DNA from: Amphiscolops sp. MND2022
Lineage: Eukaryota
Assembly (NCBI GenBank): GCA_964187785.1
Contig: OZ076419.1
Location: 22,754,001-22,818,000 of the forward strand
DNA: 64,000 nt
Direction: 5' to 3'
In this document: in pieces, positions 11,029 through 22,189 of the stretch
Layout: each line of letters begins with the position of its first letter
Position numbering within the stretch: position 1 is the stretch's first letter
The notes under the pieces: generated by a model
Databases searched by the model: none
What the model was told of the DNA's origin: nothing
Seen by the model: the letters and a program-made list of their open reading frames with translations, nothing else
Program-made: the position numbers and the translations under genes

Positions 11029-11410
11029 CCCCAGAGAAAAATCCAAGTAACTCGAAACGTAAATCAAAAATTCAAAAAAAACTTCTTTGGATGTCCTGAA
11101 AACATTTTTAAATATATGTGAGACACCACTAGTATCATACGTATCATCATCATGTAAGGAACAAAAGACTGTCTTCGGCCTGGGGCTCGTTTTTGCAAAT
11201 GGTTGAAAACTTTGTGAAATGGCACAACTGCTAAATTTGCGCGGAACTGATACCTAGGCATTGGGGAGCAAATAGGCATTTTTAAAATTTGATCATCGCT
11301 CAATCAATCAATTATGATAACGCTCAGTGTAGAAGCAGGCCGCCGGCGGGCATTTTTTAAATCACGGTACTGTACTAAGATCACCTTCACTAATGATTAC
11401 ACTTCAAGTT

Positions 11411-12148
11411 TCAAAAGAGGGTAGGACTTTCAGGCTTCTCGGTCACTTGGGAGTTACTAGTAGTAGTAGTCGTAGAGGTCTCTCGCTCAGATTCACTGGT
11501 AGATGTTCCTGGGGGCTGTGTGGACCGTGAGGCACAAGAGGAATTGGAACGTTGCCGGCAAAACTCTGCCCTGCAAGCTGCATCATTGTAATCGAAGCAG
11601 AGTTCCTCCAAGGCATCGATGGATCTCTTCGCAATGAACAGAACTACATTTTGGCCACCGATATGTGCCCGCTTCATTCTCACATTACATTCTTGGTTGT
11701 TGCTCGGTCTGTAGTTGAGGAGACGTCCAAACGATCTTCTACCAGGGTGACATTTGCACGTTTCGGCAGTAGCATCGAGCACAAAATCACCACAGTCAAG
11801 AACATACTGCGTGTTTGAACGTTCTCGTAATAGTGTCTGGTCTATGACAATGTCTGTGTGGTAGTCACAAACTATTTCCGATTCTTTGATTGAGGCAGTT
11901 GTGACCACTCCTCGGCCGACAGAACCATTCTCGAACATTATTTTTTCACGAACTTGAAGGAAGGGCCACTCTTGGTTACAGATGTACTCTTGTATTTTTG
12001 AGGTCTTCACAAAAGTTGATGTCAGCTTGCGAAAAAACATACTCACGCCTCTTCCGAGATCCGTCTGAATTACTTCAGGTACTGTACGTCTAGTGCTTCG
12101 TCTAACATCACTATTTGAAGGCTTCCACGCTAACATCGTGTTGTCCAC
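11411..12148 (-). CDS. SET domain, SETD8/PR-Set7-like; C-terminal part of a frameshifted fusion gene
   Basis: GRGVVTTASIKESEIVCDY, FVLDAT, FGRLLNYRPS (NH motif reads NY), VVLFIAKRSIDALEELCFDYND (ELxFDY intact). Confidence 0.9.
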   Translation of the reverse strand: MDNTMLAWKPSNSDVRRSTRRTVPEVIQTDLGRGVSMFFRKLTSTFVKTSKIQEYICNQEWPFLQVREKIMFENGSVGRGVVTTASIKESEIVCDYHTDIVIDQTLLRERSNTQYVLDCGDFVLDATAETCKCHPGRRSFGRLLNYRPSNNQECNVRMKRAHIGGQNVVLFIAKRSIDALEELCFDYNDAACRAEFCRQRSNSSCASRSTQPPGTSTSESERETSTTTTTSNSQVTEKPESPTLF

Positions 12149-13660
12149 AATTCTTGCGTGATCCGACCAACCGTAGGACGAATTTCGCTACGCAATCTTT
12201 GGACGGTTGAGTCGGTCCATGGAAGAAATTATTGATTTTTTGGACACGCAAACTCACGAGTTTGTAGCGCAAGTGGTCATTCACACGTCCTCCGAGGTTC
12301 ACTCGTCTCCGATGCTGTCGCATCAATACAAACTCTTCTCATGATTTCTTTGCTGCATTCGGCCGGGGTCGGAATAGTGTCCTCGGGATTTTTTGGAAGA
12401 AGGAAAAATTTTTTCAGCTGAAAAAGACCATCATGGTTAGTTTTATGATAACCTAACTACTTTAGTAGTGTTTTGTAGGAGTTTTGTTCATCGAGAAACC
12501 TTAAAGTCTAAATTGCTCGAAAAGTTTGGTGAACAAACGAAAAGCAAAATGATCAACCTGATTGGGTCGAAGTTGGTCACTGCCATGGGCACAGCTGAAA
12601 AATTTTATTGAATAAAAATTTTCAGCTGTGCTCATGGCAGGACCAAATTCAATCCAATAACTTCTTTCAGTGCGCACGATGGATATCAAAAGTTTTAACT
12701 TACTGAATTGATACTGGCGAAACTATCACTGGAGTACAGTTGTTTTTTTGAAGTCGGGGACATCGTAGTCATCTCTACTGGCTTCAACTGTCTTTGAGTT
12801 GCTGAATCAGAATCGGGGGTGTTGGTTGTTGGCGTTTTGGTTGCCTGCGAGATCACTTCCACTGTTGAACTAACAGTTCCATCATTTTCGAGAATTGTTG
12901 TAGTTGGCTCGTAGACGAGTTTTCTTTTTGGCTTCCTGTGGGCTGCATTCATTTTGTTTTGAAAGTTCTCACAAACTCTGGTAACATTCAATTGTTTTTT
13001 CTCTTGTGAATTATAAAAAAATGACTGTGTTACTTCTTGCAGAGTCAAATCGAAGGGTTCTGTGAGAAAACTATCTTTCAGAACATCGAATGCATTTATC
13101 CAAAATGGGCGAACACGTTTGAAATAGAAAGTCATCACTTTTTTCTCGAACTCGTTGAACTTTAGAGCCCTCCTAAATTTGTACTTGTTTCCATCAGTCA
13201 CAGCACAAACATATTGACCATTTCCTTTCCTGACGAAATTCACGAAGTCATACACCGTGAACTTCTTGAGAAGTCGGGCAGGGGGGAGTTGTTGATGACA
13301 CACCAGATGATCACGAGCGACTGGAACACAAGCATGGCTTCTTTTTTTTGAGGAACACGGTCAATTTGCCATAGATGTTCGACATTAGAGCGTCCTTCTG
13401 CCCATTTTCACATGACGCTCAACAGTCCACCACAATCACTTGCATCCTGGGCCGCTGGCTGAAGTTCGAGGGGAGAAGCATTGTTGCACCCGTTGGAATT
13501 GACCGCGTCGATTGGGCTCGTCGAAGTTCGTTGATGACACATGGTTCGGATGTGGTGTTGAATGGGGGTTATCCAATCCCTCTGGGCGTGTTTGAAGCGG
13601 GATACTAGAATTTTCAAGCTGCTCATGATGGCCTTGGGGTTTCCAGATGGAGTTTGATAA
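12149..13660 (-). pseudogene. Tyrosine-recombinase-like region upstream of, and probably fused to, the SET domain; multiple frameshifts
   Basis: VFQSLVIIWCVINNS in one frame continues as PARLLKKFTVYDF in another across the G6 run at ~13281-13286; restoring one base gives NNS-R-PARLLKKFTVYDF. It is followed by YVCAVTDGNK..., FYFKRVRP and MRRVCIDAT, resembling YR-family box I and downstream segments. Confidence 0.55.
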
Positions 13661-16600
13661 CCTTAAATTACAAAAAACATGTAATTCGATTTGATTACCG
13701 AAACCTAATTGATTTTTGAAATCGACCTGTTTTTTTTAATAAGAGAAAGCAGATAAATCCAAGGAAATTCAGAAAAAAATGATTGCATTCAGTTATCTAA
13801 AAAAAACGATTTTTGTTTTACACTGATTGTTTAGCTCAATAATTTACTCAGTTGAGCTTGGAGACATCCGTTTTCTACGAAAACAAATTCGATGTTCTAC
13901 TTTTGATTTCAAAATTTTGGTTCCTGGTGTGAGCTCCATTACAAGGCATAAAATTATTCCAGTGAAATCACTCAGAATTTCAGTTATACACACTGCGAGT
14001 TGAACTGAAATCAGCATAAAGTACTTTATTTTGTGTCTATAAACACTGCAGCACATTATGCAGCAAAACATGATGTATCAACGACTTTAGGAAGTTGTAA
14101 AATCGGAATATTATTTCAATCGAAGTACATCGGGAGGATCATTTTCGACGCCAAATGTTTGACCAAAAATTGTTCAGAAAGTATTCTTCAACTTATTTAG
14201 GATATTATATTATGAAAAAAGTGAAAATCATTTGTTGAAATTGAAAAAAGTGGTAATCATTTGTTAAGTAACTTGTTAGAAATTACATTAGCCTAACAAC
14301 TGTTCACTCTAATATACTTTTGCATTTTTCTGAATCACATATAGATATTTAGGAATACGCCCCCGGCTTTGTCACAATTTAATCATAAAAATATTGCTTA
14401 TCTGTTATTCCTTCACTCATGGAGTCTGAGAAATAGAACTAATAAAAAAGTCTAAGTTCAAAAAAAGTCAAACTGAAATAAGTTTACTTTATGAACAAAA
14501 CAACTTTGGATATAAAATGTTTGATTTCAAATAGCATCATTCGCAGACAAAAATGAATTGTCAAAGAAACGTGACTGAATTCTACGTGTCGTCCATATTC
14601 ACCCGTGGTCAGTCATTTGAAGAACGAACTAGCTGTTGTTCATACAATCATGGAGTCGTTACTTTGCTCGTGAAGAGTCGTTTAGAGATATTTGAAGAAG
14701 TTGATATGTTTGAATTCAAATAGAACAATTTTGGACGAAATTATCAATAAATGTTGTTTCAATCAGACACTGTGTGTATCAGTGTGTCGATTCTCCGTCG
14801 ATTTTAATTGAGGTATTGTTATAAAGAACTGAGATAAGTGTTTGAAGAATCCAGAAAAATGTTCAAGAATTGAGAAACGTAAACAAGAATTCAGATAAGT
14901 AAACAAAAAATGACAAAATGCGAAGAATCCTCACACCAATGATGTTACACGTGCGGCATAGATTATCATTAATATGAAGAATCCACAAATCAATTTTCTC
15001 ATTTCTTGAAATTTTCATTTTTGCACTGCCAATATTAGTGTGTGAATTGTTCAATCATTTTGGCGGCACTGCCAATTTGTTTGAAGTGCGCAACTTTTGT
15101 GATTTCTTGAGAACACATTTTGGTAGGTGAGAAAACCAACTTTTGTCAATCCTTGAAAAAAGCAAAACTTCCCCGATTAGCGTCGTAATGAGAGTGCATA
15201 GGCAAGCTTAATTTGCTCAAAGCACAACTTTGTGCTTTCAATATCTCGGATTTCACGACCATACCTTCAACCGGGCAAAATTGGTAAAGTGCGTCATAAG
15301 TCCCGGATTCCACGGATTTCGTCGTGGATTCCAGTAACAATGCTTAGCTGTACGCACTGTCGGCATGCTGCTGTGTCCTGGATTCCACAAAAACGTAAGT
15401 TTTGCAAAATGAACCAATGTAGTACAGCCATCCTCCAGATCGAACGACCATTGCAGGTAGAATGCTATAGAAAACTAATAGATAACAGAGTCAGCTAGCA
15501 ATTATAGAACCATGGTTTTACCTACAATAATCAGAGTACAGACAAAAGATGGCAAGAATTTAATGTTCTCCGTCTAAGTAAACTTTTCGAATATACTCAT
15601 TCATGGTTTCACTGCTTTCCTTTATGGCCTTCTATTTCATTTCCCATAGCTTATTTTCTCAGGTTCAGCTTTTTACATTTTCTTACTCAACTCAAGCGTT
15701 CTCTATTGGTCCATACTACACTGGTTTATGGAGCACTGTCGTTATAGCGCAGCGCGCCAACAAAAACTGTACGTGTACCTAATAGCACTAAATTTTGCTT
15801 TTGGAATCTGGCATGGAGTCGACCAGTATAGAAGAAAAATTCAGTTGAACAGAATTTCTTCATAAAATTTTAAAGCAGAACGTCAGCTAAGCTCCAAAAA
15901 AAGTTCCGCCCTGAACGTGTTTTAACGGCGTTTTTTGAAGCACGATAAAATTATGGCATTATAAAGTTTCATAACTTGAAGGAAATCATGGAAAGTTCAA
16001 ACGGTTTGACAATTTTTGGCTTTGTTCAACTTGGAAATTCAGTTCTTCAAAACTTAATCTTTCCTATCAGAAAGTATGATAAAGAGTGTTTTATTTTTTC
16101 AAATAAATATCTGCATCTTGACCCCGACAAAATGAGTTAGAAATTTTGCATTAAAATTAAAAAAATTGAACGCTTTGCAATTATTCCGGCCAATTTGGCA
16201 GTTTTCACAAACACATATGCAACTAAGCTCAAATTTTTCCTAATTTAACGCCTAACAGAAATGAAGTTTATATCTTTTGAGTATAGAAATAGTCTACAGC
16301 AAAATTTCGGAAGAAACCAGGCTGAGAAATGATTTTTCCCACATGCGAATAATGGCGGTGGAAAAATTTTTGTCGCACGCATGGTTAAATTCTAGTTCTA
16401 AGTTCTGTTTTGAGGGACTGTTCAAAGTGGTCAGTATTATTCATTACAGCAGCAGTAGCTTTTTTGCAAATTGCTCAAAAGCGACAGTTCTAATATCGGT
16501 ATCGAATGGGTCAGAAAATCTCTATAGCTGACTCTGTCTAATTTTACCAAGAATTGCTTTGCTTGTAAGTGCGAACAAAGAGTGTTGCGTGAATAAGTGC

Positions 16601-16819
16601 AAGGCGGTGTTTGTATATGAGCGCTGGGTTTGTAGGAAATCTGTGGAAAAAGCATGTGTTGAAGTTATATAGTTGTTTGGTAATCAGTAGTTTCGCAATG
16701 TTGCAACAAACTCATTTAACAGCAAACTTAGAAAAATCAGAAACATTTGGCAATATCAGAAACCTTTCTACCAAGAGTTTGCAAATAAAAATTTAGATTA
16801 CTACTAAACTAACATTGTT

Positions 16820-16955
16820 TACTAATGATAATAATACAAGACGCCTGCTAAACGCCGGGATATTTTCCGCCAAAAATTTGACGCTTCAGCACGGTTTCGA
16901 ACCCATGACCGGTGTATGGCAGGCAGACGCACTACCAATTGTACCACTGCCACAG
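16820..16955 (-). mobile_element. tRNA(Gly-GCC)-derived SINE-like element or tRNA pseudogene
   Basis: The minus strand reads GGCAGTGGTACAATTGGTAGTGCGTCTGCCTGCCATACACCGGTCATGGGTTCGAAACCG, with A-box, GCC loop and B-box GGTTCGAAACC. Acceptor and anticodon stems do not pair. It ends in a tattattatc simple-repeat tail. Confidence 0.6.
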
Positions 16956-17449
16956 TGACAAAAATATCGTTTTACTAAATGGAGTAAAAAAAGAGAGGAT
17001 TTGGCAGAATTTGGAAAAAAAGCAACACAGATGATGATTATCTTCCCTATACACAAATAAAATTTTGTGGCGGTAAAAGTTAATCAGCAAAACTTCATGT
17101 TTGAAGTCTTCATTCAGTAAAACTTTAATAGCATTTGGGCTTTTTTGAAAACAAATTTCTCAGCCTAACAATTAATTACCACTTCATCGGGGGTTATCAT
17201 TAATCAAAGGTCGGCGGAAAACTTATCTACGCTGAAATTTTATAACACCGGCTTACGACAGATGTATAGAATGCTCACATCGTTGGTTGAAAACATTCTA
17301 AGATAAAATATTGCACAACCTCAGAATAAAACCAGGGGGAAACTTTCTAAGTGAGAATGTAAGAAAACCGCTGGGTAGGCATCTGCAGAAAAAACTAAGA
17401 TTTGTTGAAAAAACTTGTACAATTGCACAAGGAAACTAGACGAAGCTAC

Positions 17450-20030
17450 TCTATGACAGATTTTTGGAGTTGCTGAGGTTAGATCAGCGGAAAACAATCT
17501 GAAATAGAAGTTGAGACCGCTGCAGATTGAAATTAGCGGAAAAGTTTTGCAGATAGAATTTTAGACAAGCCTAGACTGGAACCAGCGTAGAATTTTTAAA
17601 AGTTTCGTGACCACCGCAGATTGAAATCAGCGAAAATTAATTTCAGGTAGAATTTTGTCTACTAAAGATTTGAAACCTGCGGAACTTAATTTTAGATCGA
17701 TGTTTGTGAATCGTAGAACCAAAACCTGCAGAAAATATTTTGAGGTGACATCGAGTCAATCGCAAAATATAAAAGAGGAAAAACAATCTAAGAAAAGTTT
17801 CAGACCACTGCAGGCTGAAATCTGAGAGAAACATTCGAAGATTGAATATTGAAATACTGCAGAGTCAAATTAGCGTAAATAATTCGAGATAATATTTCAG
17901 ACAGCCACAAATTGAAACGAGCATAAATTTTTCCAGGATGAAAGTTTGGACTAACGCATAATGAAATCAGAGGCAATACAATAAGAAAACACCTTTTTAC
18001 AACCACAGTATGAAATCAGCAGAATTATTCCAAGACAGAGTTTCGTCAACGGCAAAAGCGAAATCTATTGAAACAACTACAAGATCCAAATTTGGACTAC
18101 TGCATAGTGAACTCAGCGGAAATACACGCAGATTGATCTTTTGACAACCGAAGGCTCAAATTAGCGGAGGTTTTCTAAGATAGAGTTTTGTCAACCGCAA
18201 AATTGACTCTGCGCGAATTGTTCAAAAGTAAAATCTAGTCAACTGCGGAAACTATTCCACGATAAAATTTTGGACAACCGCAGAACGGAGCCTCAGAAAA
18301 CTATTTAAGGTAGATTAATTTTTTCAATTGCAGGAGTGAATTTTCATCAAACAATTCTGAGATACAGCTTTCGATTATCGCAGAGTAGAACTCAGGACAA
18401 CTTTTCAGGTTAATTTTATCAGGAGAAAGATTTAGAAAAAAATTGGGTGGAAATCAGCGGGCAACAATCTAAGGTTTCTAGACACAATTCAGACCATTGC
18501 AGGATGAAACCGTTTGAAAAAATCTCAGATACAGTTTTGGAGATAGAATTTTAGACAAGCCTAGACTGGAACCAGCGTAGAATTTTTAAAAGTTTCGTGA
18601 CCACCGCAGATTGAAATCAGCGAAAATTAATTTCAGGTAGAATTTTGTCTACTAAAGATTTGAAACCTGCGGAACTTAATTTTAGATCGATGTTTGTGAA
18701 TCGTAGAACCAAAACCTGCAGAAAATATTTTGAGGTGACATCGAGTCAATCGCAAAATATAAAAGAGGAAAAACAATCTAAGAAAAGTTTCAGACCACTG
18801 CAGGCTGAAATCTGAGAGAAACATTCGAAGATTGAATATTGAAATACTGCAGAGTCAAATTAGCGTAAATAATTCGAGATAATATTTCAGACAGCCACAA
18901 ATTGAAACGAGCATAAATTTTTCCAGGATGAAAGTTTGGACTAACGCATAATGAAATCAGAGGCAATACAATAAGAAAACACCTTTTTACAACCACAGTA
19001 TGAAATCAGCAGAATTATTCCAAGACAGAGTTTCGTCAACGGCAAAAGCGAAATCTATTGAAACAACTACAAGATCCAAATTTGGACTACTGCATAGTGA
19101 ACTCAGCGGAAATACACGCAGATTGATCTTTTGACAACCGAAGGCTCAAATTAGCGGAGGTTTTCTAAGATAGAGTTTTGTCAACCGCAAAATTGACTCT
19201 GCGCGAATTGTTCAAAAGTAAAATCTAGTCAACTGCGGAAACTATTCCACGATAAAATTTTGGACAACCGCAGAACGGAGCCTCAGAAAACTATTTAAGG
19301 TAGATTAATTTTTTCAATTGCAGGAGTGAATTTTCATCAAACAATTCTGAGATACAGCTTTCGATTATCGCAGAGTAGAACTCAGGACAACTTTTCAGGT
19401 TAATTTTATCAGGAGAAAGATTTAGAAAAAAATTGGGTGGAAATCAGCGGGCAACAATCTAAGGTTTCTAGACACAATTCAGACCATTGCAGGATGAAAC
19501 CGTTTGAAAAAATCTCAGATACAGTTTTGGAATACAGCAGTGTGAAGTTAGCGAAAAGTCTTCGTAAATGGAATTTCAGACAACTGCTGCGTCGCAATCA
19601 GCCAAAATGTTTTAAGATTGGCTTTCGTCAACCGCAGAAGTGAAACCTGCGGAAAATATTCGGCGATCGAGTTTTGGACAAACCTCAGCTTGAAATCAGC
19701 GGAAATATTCTCAGACAAAAATTTGTGAAACGGAAAAGAAAAAAAATGTAGTGAAACTCTTGTAAAATTCAGAATGAATTCTGTGGAAAAATCTAAAGTA
19801 CAATTTTGGACTACCTCAGAGTGAAATCATCGGACACAATTACGAGACAGAATTTAAGTGAATCGCTGAATGAAACCAGCGATAAACATTTTAACATAGG
19901 TCGTTGTCCACCGCAGCATGAAATCAGCGGACCTTTTCGAACAGAGACTTTTGGACAACTGCAGAAGAAAATCAGCGGAAAATATTGCAAGATAGAATTT
20001 ATGACATTGCTAAGAATTGCACAGTGTAAT
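17450..20030 (+). repeat. Degenerate ~49-bp satellite array, block 1
   Basis: Recurrent unit, approximately atagaattttagacaac(c/t)gcagaatgaaatcagcggaaaatattctaag. Confidence 0.9.
17551..19530 (+). repeat. Apparently exact 990-bp tandem duplication inside the satellite
   Basis: agatagaattttagacaagcctagactgga starts at 17551 and 18541; both copies end acagttttgg (18540, 19530). Identical ORF pairs are offset by 990. Confidence 0.9.
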
Positions 20031-21172
20031 CAAAAAGGTGGATTGAGATTATTTTGCCTAATTAAAGAAAAATGGAAACCAGTCAGGAATTTTTGACCCT
20101 GAATTGGCTCAATTTTGTTACATGAAGAAAACGTAAATAAACAATTTCCGAATAGAATTCAGTTTTTATGTCCCAAGAAATTTCATTCAATTATATAGGG
20201 TACGTAGTGAAAGATTGACATCATTACACCAAAACAATACTTCCTATTGCTTTATTGTTTCTTTAAATTAGTTCAATAGAATGCAGTCGTTAATTAGTTC
20301 GACTGTTTTACGCTATTATATTTGACTAGTTTACACTGAGTAGACTAATTTTAAAATAACATTTGACAGCCTTACACTCGATTGATTGTTTTGCATCAAA
20401 ATAGTCGTTTTCCAGAAATCACTAAACTATTGACTTTCCGGACATTAAAGCTTTTGTAAACGTATCACGTATAAATAATGTATGTATACGTTTTTATATA
20501 CCTACATTGTGTAAAGATTGAGATAACTTTATAATTAGTTGTGAGTTGGAAAAATACAGTAAGTGTTTATAATATGTGTAATGTTTTCAATAATACTAGA
20601 GTAAACATAATGTATACGTGTTTTAACTGGTGTGTTATTGTTATCGTTAGCTGTCACTGTTTATAAAGTCAAATGGAATTTTAATTTAAAATTTTGCATC
20701 ATATGTGAAACAAAAACGAGAAAATAAAAGATGGTACATTGAACTAGTATTCAAATGTTGGCGACTAGAGGCAATTAGATCTTTTATTTCCTTCATTCGT
20801 CTTTACTTCTCTCGACATTTTATTTTAGACTGGCTTATAACAGTTTTAGTTCATGATTATTTCGATGGTTTATAACTGGTTAAAGATTACCTTGAATGGT
20901 TCATTTAAAATTTTAAAAAAACTTTTCTGCTCTTGCTATCTATGATGAACCAACGTGTTGGGAAATTACTCATTTTCATGGTAAGTCACAAACAACTGAA
21001 TGTTTTTTTTTCAAACTCGATTGATTTTAAAGTTTCGCTACCTGTGATGAGCAACTATATTTTTAGGTAGACCGTTCCTAACGTTAGTCTCGCAAAACTG
21101 AATTTATATGTTGCTACCTGTGATGAGCAACTGTGATGATGTTTTTGAGACCAAGTCTAGAGTATCTGAAAA

Positions 21173-21786
21173 ACAAGCCGGGAACGGCATAATTCGGCGC
21201 CATATTTTAGGCTCAAAAATAGCGAAAGGACATGGAAGTGTCAAAAAACTTGAAATATCAAACTCACGAAAAATCCAAATGAGGAAACTGGCGCGCCATG
21301 GGCCCGCTAGCGCGAGCCCTTAGCGCATTAATGAGGCACCCTTTCGCATTTTTTTTACATCCATTGTTGCAAAACATCAAAAAATTGAACGATGAAAAAA
21401 ATTTGGTGAAAAAACATTTTCCGCAAAAAAGTCTCACAATGCCGAAAAAACTGAAAGGGGGGCCCTTTGGGATTTTTCAACATGCATTCTGTCGCAAAAC
21501 ATCAAAAAATTGAAGGGGAGACCCTTTGGTGAAAATTTTTTTTCGGAAAAAGAGTCTCACAGTGCCGAAAAAACTGAAAGGGGGGACTCTTTAGTCTGTC
21601 CCGGTATTGTATGTTACGCGGAAAAAAAAGGAAAAACCTTTTTGGTTCAGTTTGCTAGGCCAAATGCATCAATTTGGGACCATAAAATTTTGTAGAACTT
21701 GTAGAATTATTTTGGTCAGTTCGTGTGGATAGAAAAAAAATGAGTCACTATAATAGTCGCGTTTCACTTCATGAAGCGCCGACTAA
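21173..21786 (+). repeat. Interspersed non-autonomous repeat (ACAAGCCGGGAACGG...GCGCCGACTA), Helentron/MITE-like
   Basis: A second copy lies at 27706-28175 and an inverted partial at ~46290-46900. There is a 3' hairpin tagtcg...cgacta and internal aaaactgaaagggggaccc subrepeats. Confidence 0.75.
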
Positions 21787-22189
21787 TAAGAACATTGACA
21801 TTAGTCACGCAGAAACTTTATAAACTTTGCTGTTAGTCAAGCGTAACTAGAAAGTTGATCGTTTGTTGAAATCAAAATTTATTTTCTCGAACTTGGACAA
21901 CCTATTTTTTTTCATTTTCAAAATGGATTCAGGTCTAAATTTGACCCTTATTGGAGTGTAAATAATTCAATTCTCGTCTACGTGTATGAAATGGAATCCG
22001 GTCAAAGTACGTAATTCTAGATAAAGTAAGGTAGTCACTTACTGCTTTTCGATCACTACGCGTAACGCCAAATCACACAGTGTAAAGAGCACAACACGTA
22101 ACTCCTATTTTTTAAAATTGCACTGCGATTTCAATGGCTGTTATTCGAATTAACAAAATTTTGCTAGTTTGTTGCAGCATATGTATAGT

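Larger units (their letters stand above)
1399..11374 (-). mobile_element. Putative ~10-kb terminal-inverted-repeat DNA transposon (RAG1/Transib/Chapaev-like transposase) with cargo genes
   Basis: Left end AGTACTGTGATTAAGAAAA (1400-1418) matches the reverse complement of the right end, AGTACCGTGATTTAAAAAA (16/19). The two ends match the left and right ends respectively of the MITE at 47445-48073, in the correct order and orientation. The segment encloses a DDE transposase pseudogene. No clean TSD was found. Confidence 0.6.

Noticed and set aside
1399-11374. A RAG2-like partner gene and a defined TSD for the large element
   Set aside because: No kelch/PHD-like ORF is visible, and the flanks give no consistent duplication for TA, 4-bp or 5-bp models.
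16880-16955. Functional tRNA-Gly gene
   Set aside because: Acceptor and anticodon stems do not pair; treated as SINE or pseudogene.
21036-21140. C/D-box snoRNA (GTGATGA ... CTGA)
   Set aside because: There is no terminal stem, and the C-box-like word is part of a local 20-bp direct repeat.
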